From contig NW_021836331.1 in assembly GCF_006345805.1 (NCBI RefSeq), forward strand, positions 1-24,754: a stretch of DNA of 24,754 bases, written 5' to 3'. Within the stretch, counting starts at the first letter, position 1. The number at the start of each line of letters is the position of its first letter. The notes beneath the pieces were generated by a model. That model was not told the DNA's origin. It made no database searches and was given only the letters and a program-made list of their open reading frames with translations. Position numbers and translations under genes: made by a program. Origin of the DNA: Octopus sinensis (Eukaryota). Shown here one piece after another: positions 10,098 through 21,825 of this stretch.

Positions 10098-10345
10098 GTG
10101 AAGGTGCATGCAGACGCGTGGCCTAGTGGTTAAGGTATTGCACTCACAATAACAAGATGTTTGTTTTGATTCCCGGACCGGGTGGTGCATTGTGAACACG
10201 GGCAAAACACTTCATTTCACATTACTTCATTCCACTCTGCTGGAAATGGATAATCTGCCAACGGACCATCGTACCGTCCAGAGTGAACGTTGTGATCTCG
10301 GTCACTTATACGTTATAGAAACCAAGTAATCAGCCACATGAGTCA
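10098..10345 (+). mobile_element. tRNA-derived SINE (S5-like)
   Basis: A box TGGCCTAGTGG. ttgcactcacaat, gattcccggaccggg and caaaacacttcatttcacatt are shared with 7800-7920, and the tail cgtaccgtccag is shared with 8500-8512. Confidence 0.7.
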
Positions 10346-10494
10346 TAGGATACTTACTTAATGCCCCGCCCTAAAATTAAAGAAGGAAACTCCTTTGAGG
10401 GATCTTTTGTTTTCTAGCTGCGCTAACAATTTCTATTGCACAATGTTTTTTTTTATTTAAACCTTAAGCAGGAGATATTCATAAATGTTATTCA

Positions 10495-10843
10495 GTTACT
10501 ATTTTCAGTCATAGTACTGCGGCCACACTGGGGCACTGCCTTGAGCAAATTGACTGCAGTACTTACTTTTTAAAGAATTTAAAACTTAAGTCTCTTTTGC
10601 CGAACTATTAAATTACACAGAGGTAAGGAAACTATCACAGGTTGTCAAGCTGTGGAAGAACAAATACAAAGACACTTTCATATACAATCCCTACTTCCAC
10701 GCAGTTTCCGACAACTAAAATTCCTCTCAAGGTATTGCTCGGTCCTGGGTTATACTAAAACCCATTTGCACAAGCTGCAGCGCCGTGGAATTGAAACTGA
10801 ATTACGTTGTTGCGAAGTCAACTTTTAACCAGTCAGCCATGCC
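10495..10843 (-). mobile_element. Old, diverged full-length family S2 SINE
   Basis: ttttcagtca..actgcggcca.actgg.gcac.gcc, tctcttttgccgaac, ggttgtcaagc and cagccatgcc are, in order, the reverse complement of landmarks in 255-675. Confidence 0.65.
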
Positions 10844-10846
10844 GTG

Positions 10847-11040
10847 TACAAAAAGTGTGCTGAAAAGTTTCTGGCTTTGGACAAAAGAAAATATAGGAGG
10901 ATCAGTTAATTATGACTTTATTCAACATATTCTCTTCCCAGATTCACATACTTATTGCAGCGGTCCTTCAGTTTTTCTAAGTCCTGTAAAAGAATTAAGC
11001 GACACCCTTAAAGCCAGGAAATTTTCAGCAACCTCTCGTA
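10847..11040 (-). mobile_element. Mariner-derived MITE (internally deleted DNA transposon) with TA duplications
   Basis: TA at 10847-48 and 11039-40. Imperfect TIRs: tacaaaaagtgtgctgaaaagtttctggcttt versus the reverse complement of the right end, tacgagaggttgctgaaaatttcctggcttt. The minus strand encodes LQDLEKLKDRCNKYVNLGREYVE*, resembling the mariner transposase C-terminus (..KL..RW.KC....G.Y.E*). Confidence 0.8.
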
Positions 11041-11716
11041 TTTATTATCCTCAGCCATATTGTTACAATATCGTTTGTGTAATTAATTGCTAGAACTGAG
11101 GTACGTTTTCAAACTTTTCAAAAGGTCTTTCAGGGAGTTATTTTCTTGTAACTATTTAGATAATGTCTAGTAAATATAAAATCGATATCAGTAGCAAAAC
11201 AGTATCTTTTCAATACGTACTAGTCAGACTTAGAGGATTTTTTCTTTAGAGATGGCCGTTTACTTTGACCATTGAGTAATCACTGTTGTCCAAAGCTATG
11301 ATTCAGAAACTGAAAGTGGCTGAATGAAAAAGGTCCGAAAGCGGCTGCTTTTGAAACAGCAGTTAAGTAGCAGTAGCCGACCCTGTTGAAAGATTTCCAT
11401 TGATCCAAACAGATCAGGACGTCACCGAAACAGCTATGTTACTCATTGCTTCTATGACGTGTCCTATGAGTTAGAGGTTGTTGTATATAGATCTATTAGG
11501 GATCGCATAGATTTGAGAATTTCCGACAAAACCACATATGACCAGCGCCAACATTCTTACTACCACCTTGCTCACAAGTTTAAGCTCTGCATTTAGCAGG
11601 ATTACGAGCCGTAAATTCTCAATACTATATTCATTGATGGTTACCTCCCACAGCAACACTACCACACGCAGGATCACAGAACTGGAAATTCTTCCGTTCT
11701 AGTGGTAGTTGTAAGA

Positions 11717-11749
11717 AATAATAACAACATTAATAATAATAATAATAAT

Positions 11750-11837
<88 letters not shown>

Positions 11838-11862
11838 CAACAACAACAACAACAACAACAAC

Positions 11863-11932
<70 letters not shown>
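11717..11932. repeat. Compound (AAT)n/(AAC)n microsatellite; 5' flank of the retrotransposon array
   Basis: Direct reading; alternating AAT and AAC blocks. Confidence 0.95.
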
Positions 11933-11934
<2 letters not shown>

Positions 11935-13432
11935 GATAGTTCATGGATTTACCAAAGAAATAGATATGAAATTTGGATTAGAAAAATGCGCCAAAGTAAC
12001 CCTGAAAAGAGGAAAACTAGTTAGGAATAACAACATCACACTAGATAAAACCAATGAAATAAAATAATTAGACCAAAGCCAAACTTACAAATACTTAGGA
12101 ATCCATGAACTAGATAAGACACAACACACACAAATGAAAGAGAAAATAAAAAAAGAATATTATAGACGAGTTAGATCAATACTAAAAACAGAACTCAATG
12201 CTAAAAACAAGATAATAGGTATTAACACTTTAGCTGTCCCAGTTATAAGTTACAGCTACAATATCCTTAACTGGACACGAAATGAACTGACCAAAATAGA
12301 TAAGAAATCAAGAAAAATAATGACAGGATGTAGGATGCATCACCCAAAATCTGACATAGAAAGACTATATATACAACGTATAGAAGGTGGTAGAGGCCTT
12401 ATACAACTGGAAAACTACTATAAAATAACCACCATAGGATTGCAAAAATATATATTTCAGAAGGAAGGAAAACTGATACAAATAGCGGCAAAACACGAGC
12501 AAAACAAAAAACTGTTCTCAGTATTTAAGGAAGCTGACAAATACAAACAAGAAATCATACCACCTAATAAAAAAGAAGAAGAAGAAGAAGATGAAGAAAC
12601 AACAAAAGCTATAAAACAAATGAAATCCAAACTAAAAATAGAACAGCAACGAACCATGATAAAACGATGGCAAGAAAAGTCCCTTCATGGTAAATACTGC
12701 ACTAAACTAAACGCAAAAGAAATAGAAGAAAAATCCCAGCAGTGGTTGAGAAGCTCAGGACTCAAAGCAGAAACAGAGGGATTTTTAATTGCAGCACAAG
12801 ACCAAAGCCTCCCCACCAGAAATTACCAAAAACATGTAATGAAAAGAAATATAACAAGTAACTGCAGAATATGTGGAGATGGACAAGAAACAATAAATCA
12901 TATTATCTCTAGCTGCCCAGTCCTGGCTAAGAAGGAATATATTCACAGACATGACAGAGTTGGAAACTACATACATTGGAAGCTATGCCAACATTATGGA
13001 ATAACAACAGAAAAAAGATGGTATAGGCACACATCAGAAAAGGTCACAGAAAACGAGAAAGCAACCATACTCTGGGATATGCCGATACACACAGATAGAG
13101 AAATTAAGGCCAACAGACCATATATAGTTGTCAAAGATCATGAAGAAAAAAAATGCTTTCTAATTGATGTATCAATACCGGTTGATGACAACGTGTCTCT
13201 AAAAGAAATGGAGAAACTCTCAAAATACAAAGACCTGGAAATAGAGGTAACCAGAATGCGGAATCTAAAAACAGGAACAATTCCTATCATAGTAGGTGCA
13301 TTAGGCATGATAAAAAAATATTCAGACAAATACATAACAAAAACACCAGGACTTACAAATACATATAATATACAGGAAATTGCACTACTAGGCACTGCAC
13401 ACGTCCTACGCAGAACACTTTCCATACAATAA
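11933..13432 (+). pseudogene. Truncated RT-thumb/CCHC/restriction-like endonuclease ORF of copy A
   Basis: ORFs 11702..12067 and 12134..13432 are one frame with a single TAA at 12065-67. It has CRICGDGQETINHIISSC (C-X2-C-X8-H-X4-C), RHD, LIDVSIP and KLSKYKDL. The RLE PD motif reads PY (tat at 13121-23). The RT catalytic YxDD is lost to 5' truncation. Confidence 0.85.
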
Positions 13433-13529
13433 CCATCAGAGCAACACAACAAATCACAGCACATACCCAAGGCACACAGAGCTGCGCTCGGTAGTGAAGT
13501 GAAGGCACGCTATAAAAATAAAACTACTG
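11933..13529 (+). mobile_element. 5'-truncated R4/Dong-clade non-LTR retrotransposon, copy A (subfamily 1)
   Basis: Flanked by (AAT)n on both sides. It encodes the RT C-terminus (FGLEKCA, YKYLG), thumb (MHHPKSDIERLY..R.EGGRGL), CCHC knuckle and RLE. A ~97-bp 3' UTR ends aaactactg|(aat)n. Confidence 0.9.
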
Positions 13530-13569
13530 AATAATAATAATAATAATAATAATATTTTCTATATTTTCA

Positions 13570-14120
13570 TGACTAGATGCAGTAGCAGGTACTGCCTCTC
13601 AAGGTTTCTGATCTTAAATGATTTAAAATGTTATGTACATGTTTAGACTTGGTATAAAAAGTTGGGCTGCCGCAAATATTCTGCTCAATACCACTGGTTT
13701 GCTTGTCACTTGTTTGACTTTAACCAGCTGAGCAGAGCATGTCCCTTGGTGGTTGACGACGTGTGCATCTCTGAATAACGAACAGAAGTAGTGAAGAAGC
13801 ATCATATTCATGTATCGAGAGAAAATGTTTGGGGTTTGAACAATAAACCTCAGGAAATATGGGTGTTTCGTTCATCATCCTTAAACAACCCTCATTCAGG
13901 GACCTTTCGAGCAGGATGGGCTACTTAACCTGAAGAAACTTCTAACCCCACCTGCAATGTCATGCGCTGTTTATCTTCATATGAGATTACCATGTCATGT
14001 ACATATGGTTGTGGTGCATGTGCCTGGTGCATCCTTATCAGGGGGTAGTCACGATGGCATACGGGGCTTCGTATATTTTACCCCAGCGTCACTTTGATGG
14101 CATATATTGCTCTCTCACTC
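13570..14120 (+). mobile_element. ~550-bp non-coding interspersed element X, copy 1, between (AAT)n tracts; strand not determined
   Basis: Colinear end to end with 17600-18120: gatgcagt..., gcaaatattctgctcaatacca, catccttaaacaac, gggcttcgtatatttta, tcactttgatggcat, tcactc|aataat. Confidence 0.8.
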
Positions 14121-14180
<60 letters not shown>

Positions 14181-14187
<7 letters not shown>

Positions 14188-14733
14188 GGCAAGAAAAACC
14201 TCTCTATGGCAAATACCCAAAGAGAGCGAATAATGCAGATATCGACAAAGCCCTGACTCATCAATGGCTAATGGCCTCTGGCTTAAAATCTGAAACAGAG
14301 GGGTTTATCATAGCAGCTCAAGATCAATGCCTACCAACAAGAAACTACCAGGCCAACATATTAAAGATCGGCAGTAGCCTAACATATCGTGTATGCCAGC
14401 AACAAAATGAAACCATTGATCATGTGGTCTCCAAGTGCAGTCTTCTGGGCTGATTGCTACCTAGCTCAGATACAGGAAACCCCAAAATGGCAGAAATTCA
14501 AAAGATAGTGCACATGGGAACTGCTCATATCCTACGCAAAATACTTTCTATGTAATCTCAAGGTTTAAAACAAACATTTTTTTTAGACATCCACTAATAC
14601 AACACAAAAAAAAAAACAAATATATGGCACACTAGGTATAACAACAACATGATTTTCCAACCTGTTGTCTCTTGAGGTCTCTGGGTGACACTTGGAACCA
14701 ACTTGTACAAATATAAAGCAAAAGTCAAACATA
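14181..14733 (+). mobile_element. R4/Dong-clade copy B (subfamily 2): severely 5'-truncated, with a 394-bp internal deletion
   Basis: 14187-14446 matches 16251-16510 (about 9 substitutions in 260 bp by eye), then jumps to the equivalent of about 16905. It shares the 3' UTR with copy C and ends aaagtcaaacata|(aat)n. The first CCHC Cys reads Tyr. Confidence 0.9.
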
Positions 14734-14979
<246 letters not shown>

Positions 14980-17014
14980 TCTGTCCTGACGGAATATACC
15001 TATAGTTTTTTAACAGACAGCAGCATATTCCCTAATGGACAGAAAGGATGTAAACGTGGATCCTACGGCTGTAAAGACCAACTACTCATCAATAAGATGA
15101 TCTTAGAAGATTGTCACAAACGACACAAAAACTTATCAATAGCCTGGATAGACTATAAAAAGGCTTTTGATAGCCTACCACATAGCTGGATTAGGAAATT
15201 CCTGGAAATGTATAAGATAGCACCTACTCTGCGAAACTTATTGACTGTAAGTATGAGATCATGGAGAACCACACTAACTCTGAACAGTGACAATGAATCC
15301 CTAAATGCTGGTGATGTAAAAATTTCGTGTGGCATTTTCCAGGGTGACTCACTGTCACCACTCCTCTTTTGTTTATCCTTAATACCTCTCTCAAAGCTGC
15401 TCAATGACGCGCAGTACGGGTATAAAATGTTTGATAAAAATATAAATCATCTCATTTACATGGATGATTTAAAGCTTTTTGCAAAAAATGACCAACAACT
15501 CAAGGGCTTACTAGCGATAGTCAAACAATTCAGTGACGACATCAGAATGCAATTCGGCCTCGATAAATGTGCAAAAGCTACCTTTATCAAAGGAAAAATG
15601 ACAGAAACATCTAACGTTAACCTTGACCAGCAGAATGTCATAAAAGAAGTAGACCCAGCGGAGAGTTACAAGTACCTAGGGGTAATTGAAGGGAACGGAA
15701 TAAGGCATTCAGAGATGAAGGAAAGGATCAGGAGAGAATGCTATCGAAGAGTGAGAGCAATACTCAAGACAGAGCTGAATGCAAGAAACAGGATCGAAGC
15801 GATCAATGCATTAGCCATACCAGTCGTGACTTACAGTTTCAATATTGTTAACTGGTCAATTACTGAAATATGTCAGCTCGACAGAAAAATAAGGAAACTG
15901 TTGACAATGCATAGAATGCACCACCCTAAGGCAGATACAGAACGACTCTATCTGCCAAAAAAGAGGGAGGCCGTGGTCTTTTGCAACTGGCAATAACAAT
16001 GAAGATTGCTACAATTGGCCTAGACACCTACCTGAAAAACTCTGAGGACTGGATGTTAAAACTTGTCTCAAAACATGAAAACAAGAAAGCATCATACTCA
16101 GTCACAAAACAGGCAAAGGAATATCTAAGTGAATTCCGAATACAACCAATTTCGGAATTAGAGATAGACATACAAGAAACAAGCACAGAAAAAGCTAGGT
16201 GCATGAAAACCCGTGCCAAAACTGCGGCTTTAGATATTCTGAATAATAAATGGCAAGAAAAACCTCTCTATGGCAAATACCCAAAGAGAGCGAATAATGC
16301 AGATATCGACAAAGCCCTGACCCACCAATGGCTAATGGCCTCTGGCTTAAAATCTGAAACAGAGGGGTTTATCATAGCAGCTCAAGATCAATGCCTACCA
16401 ACAAGAAACTACCAGGCCAACATATTAAAGAACGGCAGTAGCCCAACATGTCGTGTATGCCGACAACAAAATGAAACCATTGATCATGTTGTCTCCAAAT
16501 GCAGTCTTCTAGCGCCTACAGAGTACCTCAATAGGCATGATAGAGCTGCACAATATATTCACTGGGTAATTTGCAAAAACCTGGATTTGCCCCATGAAAA
16601 AAACTGGTGGAACACAATCCACCTCCAGTGCTTGAAAATGACCACATCTCACTCCTCTGGAACTTCACTATTCAAACTGACAGGAAGATAGATGCAAATA
16701 GGCCAGACATCATATTGAAAGACTTCAGACAAAGAACATGCCTCCTCATTGATATGACTGTCCCAATCGATATAAACGTATCTGTCAAGGCCTACCAAAA
16801 ACTGAGCAAATATAAAGATCTTGAAATAGAAATCAGCAAAATGTGGAAGCTGAAGACTAAAACAATACCTGTTGTCATAGGTGCCCTGGGAATGATAGCG
16901 AAAGGTACTGATTGCTACCTAACTCAGATACCAGGAAACCCCAAAATGGCAGAAATTCAAAAGATAGTGCGCATGGGAACTGCTCATATCCTACGCAAAA
17001 TACTCTCTATGTAA
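14980..17014 (+). pseudogene. RT / CCHC / restriction-like endonuclease ORF of copy C, broken by two single-base frameshifts
   Basis: The frame is open from 14980 (SVLTEYTYSFL..QKGCKRGSYGCKDQLLINK). RT motifs: IAWIDYKKAFDS, GIFQGDSLSPLLF, YMDD (15457-68), YKYLG. One base is missing in the A-run at 15957-62 (restoring it gives LPKKEGGRGL) and one in ggtgg near 16605-10 (restoring it gives WWEHNPP). CRVCRQQNETIDHVVSKC, RHD, RPDIIL..LIDMTVP..KLSKY are intact. Confidence 0.9.
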
Positions 17015-17253
17015 TCCCAAGGTTTAAAACAAACTTTTTTTTATTTTTATTTATTTATTTTTTTAATTAATTTTTTTATTTATTTTATTTATTTATTATT
17101 TTTTTATGTATTAGACATTCACTAGTACAACACAAAAAAAAAAAGAAAAAAAACCCAAATATATGGCACAGAACTTCCAACCTGTTGTCTCTTGAGGTCT
17201 CTGGGTGAGACTTGGAGCCAACTTGTACAGACATAAAGCAAAAGTCAAACATA

Positions 17254-17254
<1 letters not shown>
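14980..17254 (+). mobile_element. 5'-truncated R4/Dong-clade non-LTR retrotransposon, copy C (subfamily 2)
   Basis: (AAT)n on both sides. It retains most of the RT plus thumb, CCHC and RLE. The 3' UTR (17015-17254) has an expanded T-rich tract. Confidence 0.93.
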
Positions 17255-17348
<94 letters not shown>

Positions 17349-17354
17349 GTAATA

Positions 17355-17561
17355 ATTTCTACTATCAGCACAAAGACTGAAATCGAGGCGGGAGATAATC
17401 GAATTCATCGACCTCAGTAGTTGATTGGTACTTAATTTATTGACACCGAAAGAATGAAAGCTAAAGTCGACTTCGGCGGATTTTGAACTCAGAACGTAAC
17501 GGAAGACGAAATACCTCTAAGGATTCACCCGGCGTGCAAACGATTTTGCCAGCGCCCCGCC
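17355..17561 (-). mobile_element. Family S3 SINE, tail-to-tail with LINE copy C across a shared (AAT)n tract
   Basis: Reverse complement of 8696-8919 (aaagtcgacttcggcggattttgaactcagaacgta; ggcgtgcaaacgattttgccagc). (AAC)n lies immediately beyond the head. Confidence 0.8.
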
Positions 17562-17564
17562 TTT

Positions 17565-17599
<35 letters not shown>

Positions 17600-17600
<1 letters not shown>

Positions 17601-18120
17601 ACCCTGATGCAGTGCCGGGCAGTGGCTTTCATGGCTTCTCATCTTAACTGATTGGAACTGTTATCATGTATATTGATTTGTCTCGGCATAAGAGATGGGC
17701 TACAGCAAATATTCTGCTCAATACCACAGATTTGCTCGTCAGTTGTTTAACCTTAACAAGTTGAGCATGTCCTTAGTGGCTGACGATATGTGCATCTCTG
17801 ATAACGAGCAGATGTAGTGAGGGAGAATCATAGCCGTGTGTTGATGAGAGGAATTCTTTGACGTTTGGATTATTCATCTTTGGAAATATAGGTATTTTGT
17901 TCAACATCCTTAAACAACTTTTATTCGGGGACATTTTGAGCGGGATGGGCTACTCGACCAGAAGGAAAATCTAACAGGGCCCCACATACAAGCGCAGTTA
18001 ATCTTGATATGAGATCCCCATGTCATGCACATATGGTTGTGATGCAGTCATGATGGGTATACTGGGCTTCGTATATTTTACCGCAGTGTCACTTTGATGG
18101 CATGCACTGCCCTTTCACTC
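17600..18120 (+). mobile_element. ~520-bp non-coding element X, copy 2; strand not determined
   Basis: Homologous to 13570-14120 with the same two ends, but lacks ~30 bp near 18045. Flanked by (AAC)n and (AAT)n. Confidence 0.8.
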
Positions 18121-18141
18121 AATAATGATAATAATAATAAT

Positions 18142-18356
18142 ATTGGTTTCAAATTTTGCCACAAGGGCAGCATTTTTGGAGCAGAGGATAAGTCGGTTTT
18201 ATCAACTCCAGTGTTTTACAAGTACTTTTTTTATGTACACCGAAAGGAAGAAAAGAAAAATCGACCTCAGCAGAATTTGAACTCAGAACGTAGCGGCGGA
18301 CGAAATACCGCTAAGCATTTTATCCAGTGCGCTAGCGATTCTGCCACCTCGCCTCC
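18142..18356 (-). mobile_element. Family S3 SINE between (AAT)n and (AAC)n
   Basis: tcgacctcagcagaatttgaactcagaacgta..gacgaaataccgctaagcattt..gctagcgattctgcca is the reverse complement of the S3 head. Confidence 0.8.
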
Positions 18357-18361
18357 TTACA

Positions 18362-18402
18362 AAATAACAACAACAACAACAACAACAACAACAACGATAA
18401 TG

Positions 18403-18468
<66 letters not shown>

Positions 18469-18725
18469 GTGATGATGATGATGATGATGATAAGGTGATG
18501 GTTATGATGATGTTATGATGATGAGGAAAATCATGAAGTTGATGACGACGACAATGATGATAATGATGACAATAACGAAAATTATGATGATCATGATAAT
18601 AATGCTGACAACGATGATGTTGACGCTGGCGGCGAGGAAACGATGATGGTGATGGTAATAGTGATGTTGATGATGATGATGATGATGATGATAATGATGA
18701 TCTTGAAGATGATGATGATGAATAC
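18362..18725. repeat. Compound (AAC)n/(AAT)n/(GAT)n triplet tract
   Basis: Direct reading. Confidence 0.9.
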
Positions 18726-18829
18726 GTTCAATAAAACTGTGAAGCGCAACCCGTAAAATTTGGGGACCCCCCACGCCAAAAAAACCACCACCACCCCAGC
18801 TCGAACATGGCATTTATCTCTCATATCGG

Positions 18830-18864
18830 TTTGTGTGTCTGTTTATTGATGTGTGTTGAGAGAG

Positions 18865-18902
<38 letters not shown>

Positions 18903-19048
18903 CGTGTGTGTGTATGTGCGTGTGTGTGTGTGTCTGTGTGGTGTCCGTATGTGTGTGTGTATGCGTTTGAGTGTGTGTATCTATGAAATGCATTTCCATT
19001 TTCTATTCGTTTTCTTGTCTTAATCTCCCTTCTTTTCAGCACACTCAT

Positions 19049-19120
<72 letters not shown>

Positions 19121-19281
19121 CACACCACACCCACACACAACACACACACACCACACCACACACCCACACACACACACACATCCAAACACACACACATAAA
19201 CACACTAACACACAAACACTACATATCATTCTTTATTCAATTTATGTGTATATTAATATATGTATTTTAAATGTGTGTGTG

Positions 19282-19329
<48 letters not shown>

Positions 19330-19575
19330 GTGTGTGTGTTTATATATATGTATACACACATGCACACATACAGACAAACACACACACACATATATATATA
19401 TATACGTGTGTGCACGTATGCATATCTATATATGTGTCAGTGTATGCATATATGTGTGTTTCTATGGCACCTCTTTCCCGCCATCATCTCCAAAGTTCCG
19501 ACATATGTTTCTGCTGAGTGAAGTGTAAGACAGAAATAAAGGAATTATTCAGGAGCAGAAAAATACATACATACA

Positions 19576-19611
<36 letters not shown>

Positions 19612-19687
19612 TATATGTGGTGTGTGTGTGTGTGTGTGTGTGTATGCATGTATGTACGTATAATTGTTTGTATATATGTATATAAAC

Positions 19688-19724
<37 letters not shown>

Positions 19725-19785
19725 ATATATATATATACATATATATATATGCATATAGATATATGTAAATATATATGTACGTGCG

Positions 19786-19864
<79 letters not shown>

Positions 19865-20301
19865 TATATATACGCATGTGTGTATATGTATGCATTGCGC
19901 ATTTAATATGTGCGTTTGTGTTTGTAAGTACGATATATGTAAATATATATTCAGAATGTGAAAGAGGGACAGCCAAAAAAGAAAAAAGAGAAAGAAGCAG
20001 AAGAAAGACAAAGAAGGAGAATGAGAGAAAAAGAGAATGAATGAGATAAAGAGAGACAGAAAGACAGAGAGAGAAACAGAGGGACAGAGAGACCGACACA
20101 CACATACAGATATAGAATGAAAAATGAAAAACAGGAGAAGCGTAGTTCGGGGTGGGTGGGTGGATGGGTGGGTGTGTATAGCAATAGAAAAAGGGAGCGA
20201 AGAGAGACGCTTCGAGAGAGAGAGAAAGAAAGATAGTGAGAGAGAGAGAGAGCGATAGTGGGAGAGAGCTCATATATGTTTATACATAACATACATACAT
20301 A

Positions 20302-20342
<41 letters not shown>

Positions 20343-20665
20343 TATATATATATAGATATATATATATATATAATGAATGAGGGCGAGATTGCATGTGTGT
20401 GTGCATGCGTGTTTGTGTGTGTGTGGTGTGTGTGTGTGAACGCAAGAGCAATGAAGGAAAACGGTAGATTCCTCCTGTAAATGTTTATTCTCATTTTTTA
20501 TTGGAATCTATTCAATTGGAACACATTCCGAAGATCTCTTTATTGCTTGTGCTATTGTTCATTACTGTTGTTTTATATGTGTGTTGTTGTTTTTTATTAT
20601 TCTTTTTGTGTTCTTCTTCTTATTATTATTGCTGGTCTTCTTGTTGTTCCTATCCTTATCATTAC

Positions 20666-20732
<67 letters not shown>

Positions 20733-20777
20733 GTTATTATTGTTATTATTATTATTATTATTATTGTTATTATTATA

Positions 20778-20817
<40 letters not shown>

Positions 20818-21769
20818 GTGTTATTGTCATTAATATTGTTATTGCTGTTATTAAAGCTTATTCGTAGAAAACCTTTTATAATATATATGTATGTTTACAT
20901 ACATATGCATAAACACAGATACACATATATATGTCTGAATTTATATGTGTATGCGTGCATAAATGCATTTGTATATAAATGTGTGTATATATATATATAT
21001 ATATAATATATATATATGTATGTATGTATATGAGAATGGAATTGAATATGTTTATGTGTGTGTATCTACATTTGGGTGTGTGAGAGAGAGTGTGTGCGTA
21101 TGTGCTCACGAGTGCGTGTTTTTAAGAGGCCTTTATTTTCTTTTAAGGGGCAAATAACTTGCCGTTTATTTTCTTCATTTCTACTTCGCTTCCGGTTGAA
21201 AGGATTAAAAAGTTTAAAGGTTGAATAACCACCGGAAGTCTAGGCTAGTCAGGAAGGTCTTAATCAATGACGAAATATTATTGGTCGCGGCCAACTTGAA
21301 AAGTAAATAAACGAATTAATAAAGATGAAAAAAAAGGAACACACAAACACGTATACAAAGAGGTATGGCCACGGATGCGTGCAGTTGAACACACACAGAC
21401 ATACACGCATACACACACGTGCGCGCATGTACACTTAAACGCACGTACACTTAGACACATTGATACACTACACAATATATATATATACAATCAGGAACAT
21501 ATCTAGGCAATGGCGAATTCTAATGCAGTACTCCTTATGTATACATGCAAACATGCGAACATACACACACATACAAATGTGTGCATATAGTGTGCATGTG
21601 TGTGTGTGTATGTGTGTGCATATGTGCAAATTTGCAACTTTTGGATGTTTTGATGAACATGTGTATTTATAATTAATATAAGTGTATGTGTGTATGCATA
21701 ACATATATATACACATATATATATATACATATATATGTATGTATATATATGTATATATATATATATATC

Positions 21770-21825
<56 letters not shown>

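Noticed and set aside
11702-11932. Poly-Asn/Thr/Ile N-terminus of ORF 11702..12067 as part of the LINE protein
   Set aside because: It is the flanking microsatellite read in frame; element homology begins only at about 11933.
21189-21295. Inverted cttccggt/accggaag pair (ETS-like), TGACG and ATTGG as a promoter
   Set aside because: These short motifs lie in an AT-rich repeat desert with no adjacent exon or CpG-rich region. The segment may be a repeat fragment, and there is no support without ATAC or CAGE data.
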